A stretch of DNA of 64,000 nucleotides. It comes from Thalia democratica. Taxonomy: Eukaryota. The number at the start of each line of letters is the position of its first letter. The first letter of the stretch is position 1. Below the pieces are notes generated by a model. The model had not been told where the DNA came from, ran no database searches, and saw nothing but the letters and a program-made list of their open reading frames with translations. The translations under genes were made by a program, and so were the position numbers. Below, piece after piece: positions 38,601 to 52,491 of the stretch. Location: the NCBI GenBank assembly GCA_965202585.1, contig CBDBBG010000078.1, positions 1-64,000 of the forward strand, in the 5' to 3' direction.

Positions 38601-40839
38601 TTGCAAAAGCGATGAAAATAATATACTTCTAATTTATGAAATTTTACAAACACAGAATAGTATTTTGTTAAAAGTATTCAGAACTATTATTGTATTTTAA
38701 ACGAAAAAAAAGAGCTCAAAAAAATTTGATCCTAGGACCTGGTGTATGAGAAAACTTTTCAGTTATCGCATACCATTTGGATACCTTTTAACATTTTTTC
38801 AAAACATTAACTTCTCATTGAGTTAATAACTTGTTAAGTTTTAATCTGCTAGCAAACTTGTTGAATAAGTGGATTAAAAGCAAAAATGTAAGCTTTAATT
38901 AAAGTTAAGATAGCAAATTTTTAAACCATGTACTTTTTTTCTTATAAAATTAAAAATTATTGTAAAAATAAACCAAAAAAACGTAGTTTAAATACATAAA
39001 CTGTCAATAACTTTGTTTCAAGTATGTATCAAAATTGATTCAAAATTTTTTTTTATTAAAAAAAATCTTTTTATTACATTTTTTGTCCAAACTTGTTGTA
39101 AAAACAAAAATAAGTATTGATATTAGGTATAAACATAAGTAGTTTGAATTTTAACATTATATTTAACTACAAGATTTATTTAAGCTGATAAAAGGGCAAA
39201 AATGATTTTGAGAAATTAAAATAAATGTATACTCATAAACTGTTTGTTTTGATTTCCTGTTCAAAATTTTTCAAATTATCAAATAAACACGATAAATTTA
39301 TATTTAATCTTTATTAACTAGACTTTTTTGAAACTGTGTGTTTTAAACTTTTAACAATTAAAACTAGTAAACTAATCATTTAATAAAATTAAAGTCAATA
39401 AAAATAAGTTTATAAAAAAATTAAAGTCATCACTCTTACTCTTCTATACATTATAAGCATTAATGCTACCATACAAACAACATTTGTTTTTGAGAATTTA
39501 TAAGTCATTTAATAGTAATTCATAATCAGTATATTTTTAGCTTAACCAAATATTTTTGATGAGTTGCGCAGAAACATTTCAACTATATAAGTTTAAACTT
39601 TTTATTTTAAGTAAACGTATTAATTCATTTTATCTTTTTTTTTTGTGTAATTATGTATTTGTAATTGTGTATTGTGAAACTAAGCAAAATTCAATATGTT
39701 ACGCTTTTACAATATTCTAACAAACTTTTAAGCTTTTGATTTTACTTAGCTTATCTTAACTTTTAATCAATACTCTATATAATCAACAAAAACATAAAAA
39801 AACATACAAGTTTTAGTCAATTAACCACAATTATCAAATCATTTAAAATTTTTACCAAAATTTTAGACAGCTAAATCTAAAATTATAAACTGTTGAAAAA
39901 CAAGCTAGTTTTGAACAATTAATTTCATAAAAAATACTTTATTTAGAAATAGTTTGATTTGTATTGCCTATGATTTCCTTCTAGTACTTATTTACACTTT
40001 TAAAATTTTTTGATTTTTGAGCTACTTTACCAAGACAAGTTTTTCTACGTTGAAGATAAGAAAACTTTATCTTTGAAAAGTAATTTTGTTTTATAAACAA
40101 AGCCGAATAAAATGCTTGTCTTACAGTCAATTTTGTGGTTTTAGTTACTTGCTACATAACTGGTTTGAACGAATTCGAAAAAAAAGACTAAAGCAAATGT
40201 AATGTAAACAAAAAAAAAAGCACCTTTAAATTCTTTGTATTAAAATCTTAACAAAACAAATAAGTCAAAAGTTTTATAGATATTATTACTTTAAAATTGT
40301 TTCATTCTTTCGTAAAGATCACAAATAATTAAACTTATTATATGTTTAATGTTTAGGTTTAAAAACACTGATACATTTTATTTAGAAAAAAATATACAGC
40401 TGAATTAAGAAAAAATAGAACAATGAAATGCAAAAAATACGTTAAGTTGATAAAAATCGAGTTTGTAAAAAGTGGATTGCAGCAAAAATTAGTTGAAGTG
40501 AAGCTACTTGGTTAACAAAGTATGTATTAAAGGCAAAAGAATCATTTTTGTTGTAAAAAAACGTATTTATTTTACTGTTTAACTTTTATAAAACAAGATA
40601 TTGAAATTTTTAAAACTAAATAAGCTTTTTCTATGTTTTGTAGTTATTTTACATATTATAGTTACCTACATTAGACAAAAAACTTAAAGCAATATCACTT
40701 TTTTCTTTAAAATGGTTTTAAAAATTGGTTTAAAACAGGGTTGACTGTTTTCCGTTTTCTTTTTCGACCCCTGTCACTGGAATAAACGTAAAAACAAGAT
40801 TGAATATGGTTAAATTTAAAAACATTTTATTAAAGATTC

Positions 40840-40863
40840 ATATATATATATATATATATATAT
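40840..40863. repeat. (AT)12 microsatellite
   Basis: Perfect dinucleotide run. Confidence 0.9.
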
Positions 40864-43800
40864 GAATATTTTTTATAATACAAGTAAAATTTAGTTCTTT
40901 TAGTCAAAAATGACGTAGTTTTATTGATATTTTTGTAGAAAAAATGTACAAACTGTGTAATAGTTTAATAACTTTTAAAGTTGCCCAACCTGAAAGAAGA
41001 AACTTATCATTTAAAATAAGCCAATCAAAAGTTTTGTAAAATTATTTTAACACTTAAACGGTTTCATTTAACTTAGGAAAATGTTGACCGAATCACATAT
41101 TGTTTTTATTTTTACAACATTAGAAAAACTGTTTAACAGTTTATTTTTTTATTAAGTTGTAAAAGAATTGTACACATATGCTTTTAGTTGGTTTTCAAAA
41201 GTATTATTATTTTTCGATTAAAGTATGATTTTTAGCTAAATTATTCCAAATTGAACTGTTTGACTTAGTAATTCTTTTATTTATAATTGGGCATATTTTA
41301 ATATTATTAAGAGAAGTTAATTACTAAATTTGATTAGTACTTTTTTTTAGTTTCATATGTATGAAATATTTCGTTATTCATTTTAGATTCACAATGTTAA
41401 GCAAAATTTTCACATTATCAAAAAAAAAAATAGGTCTATATTTAAACCGTTTTAATAAGAGTTTGAAAACTGAATTACTTATTGAAATTTCGCAAATTTT
41501 TTTACTTGTTTTTTCATGTCGTTTTAAGTTCAAATATTTTATTTATCACAGACATTCAAGATTGTTTAGTAATTTTGAAAGTGTATTATTAAAACGTCCC
41601 TGGATTATAACCTAACCAAACTTCTAATTAACATATTAAAACCGTGTGAACTTCTTAATATTAATGTATGTTTGTAGTGGTTAAAAAAAATTCTATATAT
41701 TTAAATATTTTAGACACTTTAAGAAAACCGACAATTTATAAAATGTCTTAATGATTTTGTTAAACTACGACAAAACGTTAAGCAGTGAAATGTATTTCAA
41801 GTAAAAAAATATATTTATTTGAAGCCTAAATTTAATTCCATTTTAAGTTTAATGTTGTTAAGTTTTAATACAGTGAAAGAAAGAAACAAATACCTCAGTT
41901 TAAGTTTTTACTTCTAAAATCTAAACAATCTTATTTAACTTTTTAACCATACCCTTACAGAATATTTAAATTTATGCATACACAGTTAATGAGATTTTAC
42001 TATAGAAAAAAGAAAACTAAAAAAAAAATTCAATTTTTGGAAAGGAAAGTTACAATTAACTTTGTAAATATTAATCAAAACAGACATTCTAAAACTTTAT
42101 TAACAACTTTTTACTGACAAATTCAAATAAGTAACCGAGCAATAAAAAAACCTTAGGGTTATATTAGATAAGCTTAAAAAACAAAACTATAACAACTTTA
42201 ATAGAAAAGTTTATAAGTCTAGTACGTACTCAATTTATAATAAATCATTTAGTATGTTAAACTTATCAAAATTTGACAACAAATCAGAGATTTTTTATAT
42301 ATATTTATTTAATAATTTCTGGTAACGTTTAACGTTGCAACTTGTAAATTCAAAAAATACAATGTTTTGACAGATAAGGTGTATTTAATATAAGTTTGCA
42401 GTTACATCTTAAACTTGTACTTTAATTGCAATTTTATTTAAGTTTGTTTTATCGAATAAAATTGTTTATTTACTTTCTGTTTGTTGTTATATTTCAAATA
42501 ATTGAAACTTGTCTTAAATTGATAGTTATTTTACACAACCTAATCTAAGCTAGAAAAGCTAAAATTAGGTATTCAAAACTATGTTTTCTGACTTTATTAA
42601 ATTTTTTAGTATATAAACAGAACATATATTGCTTTTAAAGTGTTTATATATTATTTTGACGCTTATATAAACGCACTTTTTTACAAATTGATTTGACAAA
42701 ATCAAATATTAGTTTTCATCTTTACTGACGAGTCAGCTAATAAATGCTAAAATAGTTTACAACTTAAACAATTTAAATTTGACGTTTAATAGCAACTTTC
42801 TAAAACCCAAAGCAATTGTACAGTAAAAATTAGTTTATTTTTCTGTTTTGACTAAAGGTTTGATAATAAAATAATTTATGCTAATTTACTTTAAGAAACT
42901 ATTTAATAAATATATCTCTAAATTTCGATTTAGATCAAATTAAACTAATCAGCATATCTTTATCGTCGTGTTAGTAATGTGTTCATTTTAGAGAGACTAA
43001 TATTTATCAACCATACGGTTATATTTATAGTTTTAATTAATAATCTTGGTTAATATGCCTTCTAATATGATTGAAAGTGTAGTTATATTCAAAATAATAT
43101 TTTTATCGCCAAATATAAAGTTTAACTGAATATTTGAAACCAAAATGTCGTATATTTCAATACTAAATTTAAATTCGAAAGTATAAACTTTTAGTTTAAA
43201 TAACATTTTTATTAAACCTATTACTCTCGGTTTTTTTGTAAAAATAGAAAAAAAGTAGAAATTCAATTTAATTAATCTGTTTTATAAAGTTTTATTTTTG
43301 ATAAAAATTAGGTATTTTAAACTTTAATTTTGTTTAAGGTAGTTAATATTTTTCTTTTTTCTCATGAAATTTAATTTACTTACAGTAAATTAGCAACTGA
43401 TTATACTACTTAGGTTTTATATGGGTAACAACCGACTTTAAAATTATAAAAATCATAATACCTATAATTTGCAATAAAGTTAGTTATGTTTACCCTATAA
43501 ATTCTCAATGCAGATCAACATTAAGTCATAACAGATTATGGTATAAACTTTGCATTAGTATTTAGCTAGATAACATAAAACTATTGCTAAAAGTAAAACC
43601 ACAAATTTGCTGTTACGTGGTATTTTTAATACAAAGTGTAATTATACGTTATTTGTGTTTAATCTAGCTGTAGTATTTTACAATTTTAGTTTCAAAATAA
43701 AGTTAAAATATTAAAAAAATAATAGCTACTACTTGACTGTTTGTGTTTTTACAATTTTCTATATAAATATTTTAATAATAATTCCTTAAAAGTAGTATGC

Positions 43801-43893
43801 AGCCAATATTCATTATTAATAAATAATTGTTCTATTCTTTTTTTAAATACTATTCTAACAAATTTTCATTAGTCCAACACTTTTTAGTTTCTT

Positions 43894-43995
43894 TAAATAG
43901 AATGAAATTTTAGTTTTGTCAGATAGTTAGGTTTTCACTACATTATAAATAGAATGAAGTTTTAGTTTTGTCAGTAATTACGTTTTTCACTACAA
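43894..43995 (+). repeat. 52-bp tandem duplication (2 copies)
   Basis: TAAATAGAATGAA(A/G)TTTTAGTTTTGTCAG...TTTTCACTACA starts at 43894 and at 43946. Confidence 0.85.
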
Positions 43996-46900
43996 GTTAT
44001 TTAATTGCAAGTTAATATTGTACTTAATTGATAGATGTGATATCTATATAATGTGTGGTTGCTAAAAGAAATAAACTAGTTATTTATTTTTCTCTATGGA
44101 GTCATTCTTCAATGTTCTCATACGAAATAATAAAACTTTTTAAAATAAACCGAACCAAACTTTTGTTATTCATCTATAAATTGTTTTTTCTAATGAGTAA
44201 CCTTTATTGTTGTTTTATACACTTTATTTCGCATAAAACCTTTAAAATTAATTATTTTTAACAACAAACCTTAAAAGTTGTTAACTAATTTTAGACTTGC
44301 TATGCTGTTTTACTTAAAATTTTGTAAAATAAATAAATATCACGAAGTAGTTGTATTTTTTGTAAGCTTTAGTTAAAAATTGGCATTAAAAAGCATACAT
44401 TTGTTTTTATCTATTTTATGGTGTCAAACAAATATTCTTTATACATTGTTTTTTAACAAGCTCGAACTTGATAAAAAAAGTGACAACAAAATAGTAATAA
44501 TATGGTGTCCTTTAATCTTATTTCATGTACAAATTGATTTGTGATAACTTTATCTTTATTAAATCTTTTAGTTTAGTTTCGTAATAAAAGTCGATTTAAC
44601 CTTTTTTAATTTTAAATTACACGTTTACTAGAAAAAAAAAGTTATTATTTGTTTCCCTATATGTGATTAAAAAGCACTGTTAATTTAACTTAGTTTAATG
44701 TTCTCATACGATAAATAAATTATTTTTGTAAGTTATTTAATAACTTTTTTTTTTCGTTTATTAAAAGACAAAATTTTATTGATAAGAAACTAATTATAGC
44801 TATCTAAAACTTACGTTTGACACAACTCTAAAATGCATAAGTGTTCAATTTTTAATGGCAAAGTGAGATTATTTTTATTTAATTTGTTTAAAGGTAAACG
44901 ATATATATCTACATTTACTCATATAGCCATCTGAACAAAATTAGCTGTTCTAGTTATCATACTGGAAAAACAAGTGGTTTATTTCTAAAACTAATTTACC
45001 TATTCATTAGTTAAGCTTATTTTCAATTTAAGTTGCAATTTAACGCATTTGGAGATAGTGGTAACTTGTACACAGACTAGTTTTGTAATTTTGTTCATTT
45101 GTCGCTGTAGTCACAGCTTGAGTATAAATCTTGTAGCTTCCTATTTAGAAATTGTTTAATTTTAAACTAATATTTAAATTTAAATATATTATAAACAAGT
45201 AAAGTTAGTCTACATTACTTAGACTAACTGTTTAAATAACTAACTCCTTATTGTTCAACAAAAAAAAATTAATTAACATTATATTGAAACGTATAAACAA
45301 TAAAACACTGTTTTTTTTGTACATATTTTAAAAAAAACTAATAGCTAAAACTATTCAACTACCAAATAAAACACATGAACACGTGATAAAAAGAAATATT
45401 ACATTATATCGGTCAAATTTGATTTAAAAACATCAACATTAAATTAATAAACTACAAAAACATACTGATAAGACAAGTTTAATATAGCTTAATTATCTTA
45501 TTAGTTTATATGTAAAAACATTTAAAAATACTATTGTAGAAATAATTACATAATGATTTTGGTCTAAGTTTACAAACAAATAAACAATAATAACTACTTT
45601 TAAAAAAATAATTAAATTTTTTATAAACTATATTTCAAATAAATTCATAACATTTGAGAAATGCTACTTTAAACAAATTTTTAAAAATATCACGTTCAAG
45701 CATGTGAAGATTAGTTTACATGTCATTTTCACAAAATCCTGTTTATACGTGAATTAAAATTTTTACAAATCGGATTTATTTAGTTGTTAAACTTTTTTCT
45801 CAAACTGGTGTTTAAGTTAAAGATGTAATTTAAAATAATTGTATTTATAAGAAAAATAATTTAAAAGTCTTTTTTTTTGTTAAGATACAAAGCAATACTT
45901 ATTGTGAATTGAAAACCGGAGCAAATTTTTAATCACCACAAGTAATTAGAAACCGTTAATCGCAAGTACATCCGATTTTCACTCATGCAAAGTTTCACAC
46001 CGTACTAGTAGTAATTTGTGCTGGTAAATACCCGCATAACTACTTTAACACTGTGAGAGAAACCTTTTTCCTTGCAACTTGCCGTTTTATAACCTCTAAA
46101 ATACCAGCTTATTATGTTATTGTAAAGCTTAACATAAGTTCTAAAAAAACTTATAAATTTCACTTTATACTTTGACTACCTTAAAATCTATCTTTTACGT
46201 TACTCAGTTTATAAATAGTATAAAAGTTTATACATTGCAGAAAAGTAATATAGTTAAAATTCTTTAAAAGAGTGTTTATTAAGGTAGTTGTTTTTATAGG
46301 ATTCGCAGTTTGCTTGAATTTATGTTTTAAAAAGACTTTTGTTTTTGTTTAAATCTTGACCTATTAAAGTTCCGTAGCACAAAGCTATTTTGTTATTTTA
46401 AACCGATAACTTTATAAACGTAATATAAACAATAACAAAAAATTAAATTTAAAATATCATTTATCAGTGCTAAATACTATACCCAAACTTTATATATTTA
46501 TGTTTGATAAAATCTAAGAGCTACTTAGCAATTAAAAAAAAGTACATTTAATGAGTTTGTTTGTTACTTTAAAATATAAAATATATACACAAATAGAACA
46601 AAATTATTTAATTTTTTTTTAACTTATTTTAAATTAAGATTAAATCAAAATTATTTGTAGTTTAGATGACTGAATTTATGTTTAAAGTTCTAATTTTAAG
46701 TAAAAAGTATGTTTTATATGTTATTTTGATTGATCTAAAAAACGTTCAAAACAAAACAGTTAATATTTTAACACGATTCCAGTTATGATTAATCGTTAAA
46801 ACGTGATTAAAATCATAAAATCTATATAACTATGTTTTAAATAAATCGTGTCATAAATAATACTTTTGAACAATTTTTTAAAACATAAATAACTAAACTA

Positions 46901-47144
46901 AATGCCTGGAGTTTTAAATAAACTGTTTATATACGTTTTTAACATCATGCTTAAAAATAGCTGAAAGTCTAATATAACACTTATTAATGATTAAACACGC
47001 AAAGTTTAGTTTGTATATACATTATACTATATTTGTATATATTTATTAATTTTTTATAAGAAGGGTAAAAAAAATACAGGTTTAAAAAACCTTTTCTATT
47101 AAGTCAAACATATTATACATACTAACATTTATTAAATTTTGTAG

Positions 47145-50100
47145 ATGGTAATGAAGAGTTCACAAGTAAAATTTAAAGTTTCAGTTTTGTACTTTCTTTT
47201 AAGTTCAAATATCTGTCGATCTATCAAAAATAAAGATGATGAAAAAATAGACTTACCGTGTCGACACGTAAATCATATCAAATGTTAGTGTTTATAACTT
47301 TATTATACTTAAAAGAAGATATGGTATCTTAAAATATTAAAATCTTTTATAAAAAAGTTAAATTTATTATTGTTTAGATAAAACTAACAATTTTATACAC
47401 TAAAAAAGTTTAAGATTTCAACTTTATGAACAGATCATACTTATATCTGTCAATTAAATTTTACAGTTGTCACATCTTCGATTTCGGGAAAATCCCCACA
47501 AAAGCACTCACCGAACAGGAGGGCAGATTCTTGTTGCGGGGGAAAACCCTTCAATTCTACCACCCACCAGTGCTGTCCAGATGGTAAAGTGGTGAGTAAG
47601 GTGGACCACATTTGCTGCATGGACGGAAACCACGTCCCAATACACACAATATGGTATGTTGACTAATATTTTGAAATGATTTTAAAGTTTATAAAAAGTT
47701 TTTATTTTGGTTTAATAAGCACAAAATAAAAATATTATGTGTCATATTTTTAGAACTAGTTACAAGTTAAAAAAAGAAGCCAATGAACGATATTTTACTC
47801 GCATCTTAATTTTGTTTGATATAAGTAATATAAGAGTTAAAGTCTATGAAATAAAAAGTTTTATACATACTTTATATTAGGTATCAAAATAGATGACTTT
47901 TTTTTGTTAAACACTTAAGTCATGTTATTAATGAAACATTATAATAAAATAAAAAATACCATAATTTTAGCTGTTTTTATGTTTTAGTCTTACAATTTAC
48001 AAACAACATTTTGTTAATAACCAGCGTTGATGGTCTTACAAAAAACTTAGTAAACAATTTAAATTCAGTCATAAAGACAAACCAGTTTACAGGACAACAA
48101 ATATTCTTAAATAATAAGCTTAACTAGTACAAGTTATCAAGTATGGTGAGAAAAACCGCACTATTTATTGTTTATTTACTAGCATAAGTTACACCTTTTT
48201 TCTTGTTAATTAGCATTTTTGACACAACTAACCTATTAAAATTACAAAACGTTTATAAGCAAATAGACCACCGCATAGCTTTTCGTTTTCAAACCAGTTT
48301 GTGCTTAAGTGTGATTAACTACATAATTGAGTGTTTTGCGTAGTTTGACATTTGAAATGAGATAATATTTGTGATTAAACTGTATTCGTGATCTATAATC
48401 GAAATACGCTTATTTCGTTATACAAGTTGTTTGATACAAGTATTGCGATGAAGTTAGATATTTTTTTATTTCGTTTATTGCTGTATTTTATTATTTAAAG
48501 CGAAACAAGTTTTAATGTAAAATAAGGGCTAACTTAAATGATTTTGATAAGTTGAACTAATTATTCACTGTTTGGTTTTATTAACGCTCACATAGCATCA
48601 ACAATGCTAAACTTTTTATATTTTTAAATAGTCAAGTAGATTACTTAATTGTTCGTTAACAGTTAGTAAAGTTTATTTTTTACAGGAACAACTTTTGCAC
48701 TAATATTTCTCAATTTTAGTTACGTCAAAAAACTGACAAACAATCTGTATGTTACAAATTAACAACACTTTTTTGTATTTAATAAAACATTTTACAAACA
48801 GTTTGTGCCATCCAACTTCAATGTGGGTGCAATACCAAATAAAAAAGTTACATATGTTGGAAAAACAAATGAACTTTCTTATACTGGAAGCTGATGATGT
48901 TTTGAATGATTTGAATAGGTATTTTTTGACTTTTGTTTCAAACTTTAACTTAGGAGTAGCAACCTAATTCTAAGTTTTTAATCAGTCATAACAAGTCTTA
49001 TATAATTTTAATTAAATAAATATAAACAACAATAGTATTAAAAAAACAGTTAATAAGTATCAACAGTGTAGTTTATATCAAAGTATTTATCAAGCATGCA
49101 ATATTATTTAGAAGCTTAACGTAAGTTTAACTTAATAGCTAGGTTAAAATGCAAATTTTATACTCAAAATATTAAGACATTAGTAAAAAAAAAAGAAAAT
49201 GTAATAAAGTTGCAATATAAAAGCTTAATATATAAACTACATATAAACTAGAAAAAGAGATAAAATTTATCAAATATAGCTTTGTATATCTGATTAAATT
49301 TACAGTTTTTATTTTTAATAAGCAGAATAAGTCAATTATTTTTGTTAACAAGTTGCGGCTAGTACATATATAAAAAATAAAACTCATACAAAACACTTTT
49401 ATTCCAGTAAATAATTAAACCACTAACGCAACAATATTTGTTATCAAACTATTAGAATAATGGCGTAACAAGTTTACGCGTAAACTTGACAAATGACATT
49501 AAGATGATAGCTGTTAATGAGATTAAATGTCAATTTATGTACTAAATGACATTAATTTAGTAAGTAACCAACACAACAAACTTTTTTTGAACCTTTTCAT
49601 ACAGTTTTAAAAAAGTTAAAAAGTTACAATAACTACTTAAAATTTTTTTTTTTCTTTAATTAACTTTGTTTTATTTTGTTTGTGATCAAAGTTTTTAAAA
49701 CGACCTACTTTTAAATTTTTATCAGCCAGCTTAAAAATCAAGCACTTTTTATTAAATAAAACATTTGAAAATATTTTAACATAGTGTTTGTTATATTCAA
49801 TAACACTTATTTTTTTTTTAATATTTTTAAATAACTTTAGGTTTAGATATATATTTTTTATATGTTTAATAATTTAATATGAAACTATTCTTAGATAGTT
49901 TATATATCTGAAAAACTGATCAATATATACTACCTTTGAACAAAAATTAGTTATAAATAATCAACTTTTTATGACTATTCTCTTTTTATAAAATTGACAA
50001 CTACTTGAGTGCGTGAGTTTTTCTTAACTAAATGTAAAAATAAACTACATTTAATTCTATATACTTTTTTCTCGTTATTATACTTATACTAAGTTTTTAT

Positions 50101-52491
50101 GAATATAGCTTTTAACTTTCTAAAATAAATATATATCGTATATCTCGTAGAAACACAGTTATTGTAGAAGAAGAAGTAGAACTACTGGACATTAAAGCTG
50201 AAGTTTTGTACGGAAAATTACTTGAAATACTTGGCGGAAATGTCGATCATGCAGAAGTTGAATATATTATAAAACTAGTAAGTTTAACAGTCGAATAAAT
50301 TAAAAGCATATGTGTATGTTAAATAAACAAAACATGTAAACAGAATATCAGCGTATATTGAAAATACTTTAGATAACAAAAAACTTATTACTTACTTAAA
50401 AAGTATTATACAAAGTTTTTCACTTTGCATTCATTATTCAAATTATTTCTTTAACACAAACACTGTAAAACTAACAACATAGATAATATTCACCGCTAAA
50501 TTTTGATTAGTTCAAACATATCTTTTTATACGTTTTCCACATAACAAGTAGGAGTTTTTAGTACTGTAAGTACATCCGAGTGTTATATGTGACTTGATTT
50601 CTGATAAAATCAAAAACAACAATTTACCTAAAGTATATTTCATTCACCAAATTTTAGGACCAATTATTTAGAGCGCTGTTTTGTCGTCCAAAAAACATAT
50701 ATTATTTTATTAGAAGCTCATTAGTAAAAAAAAATCAAAAAGTTTTTAAAGATTTAACAAATTGTGTTTTTTTTTAAATACCCTAGTAGTTACAATGCTG
50801 ACATTTAAAATTTGGAATCTTTGTTTAATGTTCTTCTTTAGTGTAATAACACACTGTAATATTACAAAAGTTTTATTGCTAACTCACTATGAACTATTAT
50901 GATTATAACAAAATATATTTTGAGCAAAACACACGTATTGATAACAATCTTGTCAACTGCTAGAATTTGGTAACTAAAATGTTTGATGCTTTAAAAACAT
51001 GGTTATGCTTTTACAAGTTTGAGTAAATTTAAATATTTTTTACTAAAAATAAATTTTGTATGTAAACAAGACTTTTATAAAAACATATTTAACTTACTTT
51101 AGTTTTTTTTTTAATTTTTAGGTTACTTTTTTAAACGAAAGCGAAGAAAATGCCATAGAAGCTGAAAACGAAGAATTAGAATTTATTAATTAATCAAGTG
51201 GTAGAACTAAGAAATTAAGCTCATTAATTTCAAGTGACAATGTTTTGTTCAAAATTCCAGAATTGCACGTTCGGTTAAGACAGTTACAAAATAATGCGCT
51301 GATAGCTAATCAAATAACAAAACTAGTGGGTTTAATATTATTCTACACTTATTTAAGATTATACATTTTTATATAACAGTCTGTTTTTAACCTTATTAAT
51401 AAATTCAATAGTTTTTAGTGTAGGTGAAACCTTTTTATCAAAACTGCTACAAAAGAACTATTTTATATTACTAAAATCCTACAAGATTAATAAATAAATT
51501 TTAAGCAACAATATTAAGCTGTGAAGTATCATAGTATTATAAGTATTATCAGAATTTTTTTTCTTTAAGTACTAGTAAATTTTTAGTGTTTTCTTTGTTA
51601 GAAATCTCGTTTTTTAAGCAACAATCATTCCTTACATTAATTGCAATTTAAAAATTTCTTTATTACTATTTGAATAGACCTTAAGTTATGAAAAATCTTA
51701 AATGATGTTATAACATACCATATTATAAATAAGCTTTAAAATATAAGAATAAACTTATTAAATTAAAAGAAACTTTAGTAGCAATATTTATATATAATTA
51801 TATCAAACAACTACCTTGAAACTACAATAGCCACAAATTATACATTTTGTGCCACACATCTACCATAAAGTATTACTATGAAATATTACAAAAACAGATA
51901 ACACAAGAGATTCAAGTGAGTTTGAAAGACGAAAGAGACATGAAAAAGACACGGCAAATCATCATTGAAAGGGAAAAGCTCATCAAAGTTATACAGAAGA
52001 AATACAAGGTCGTCCAAAACTACATGGCTAATTCGAAATCAGCCAAATTAGTCGTTTCAGCTTTGCGCAGTGACGCCAAACTGATCGAACATATTTACTC
52101 CATGCTTGATGGCGTGTCGGTTTTTGTTAATGACTTGGAGAAGGCTTTAAGAGAAGAAAATTCAAAACAAAAAGCTAATCACTTAAAAACTGTAAGCTTA
52201 AAGAATAATTCAACATTAAACTCTGTAATTGTAAGTTTCGGAAACTACAGCAGAGAAACAACATACAAAAAACAGTCAGTTTCTTATCTTACAACAAAAC
52301 TTGCTATAAACAAAAACACTTACAAAAATTTCTCCCGGACTGTTTGTAGTTTTTCGAAATGGGAGGAGTTTATAAAGAACATTGAAAAAAGAACTGCGCT
52401 TGCTTTCGAAGACTTGAAAAACTTAAATCAAATACAACAAGATAAAGAGTCAATCAAGAGCAAATTAGAGGAACTTTACTATAAAACTTAA
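47145..52491 (+). pseudogene. Galaxin-like di-cysteine domain plus coiled-coil protein, copy 2; nonsense codon; start exon unresolved
   Basis: Exons 47145-47165 (micro-exon, tentative), 47467-47653, 48802-48918, 50151-50277, 51122-51325, 51898-52491 are phase-compatible. They encode ...NRRADSCCGGKPFNSTTHQCCPDGKVVSKVDHICCMDGNHVPIHTICLCHPTSMWVQYQIKKL... There is a TAA at 51191-51193 where copies 1 and 3 have GAA. Confidence 0.78.

Noticed and set aside
47450-47647. Minus-strand ORF MCIGTWFPS...
   Set aside because: Antisense to the galaxin-like exon, which has proper splice sites and a recognisable Cys pattern on the plus strand.
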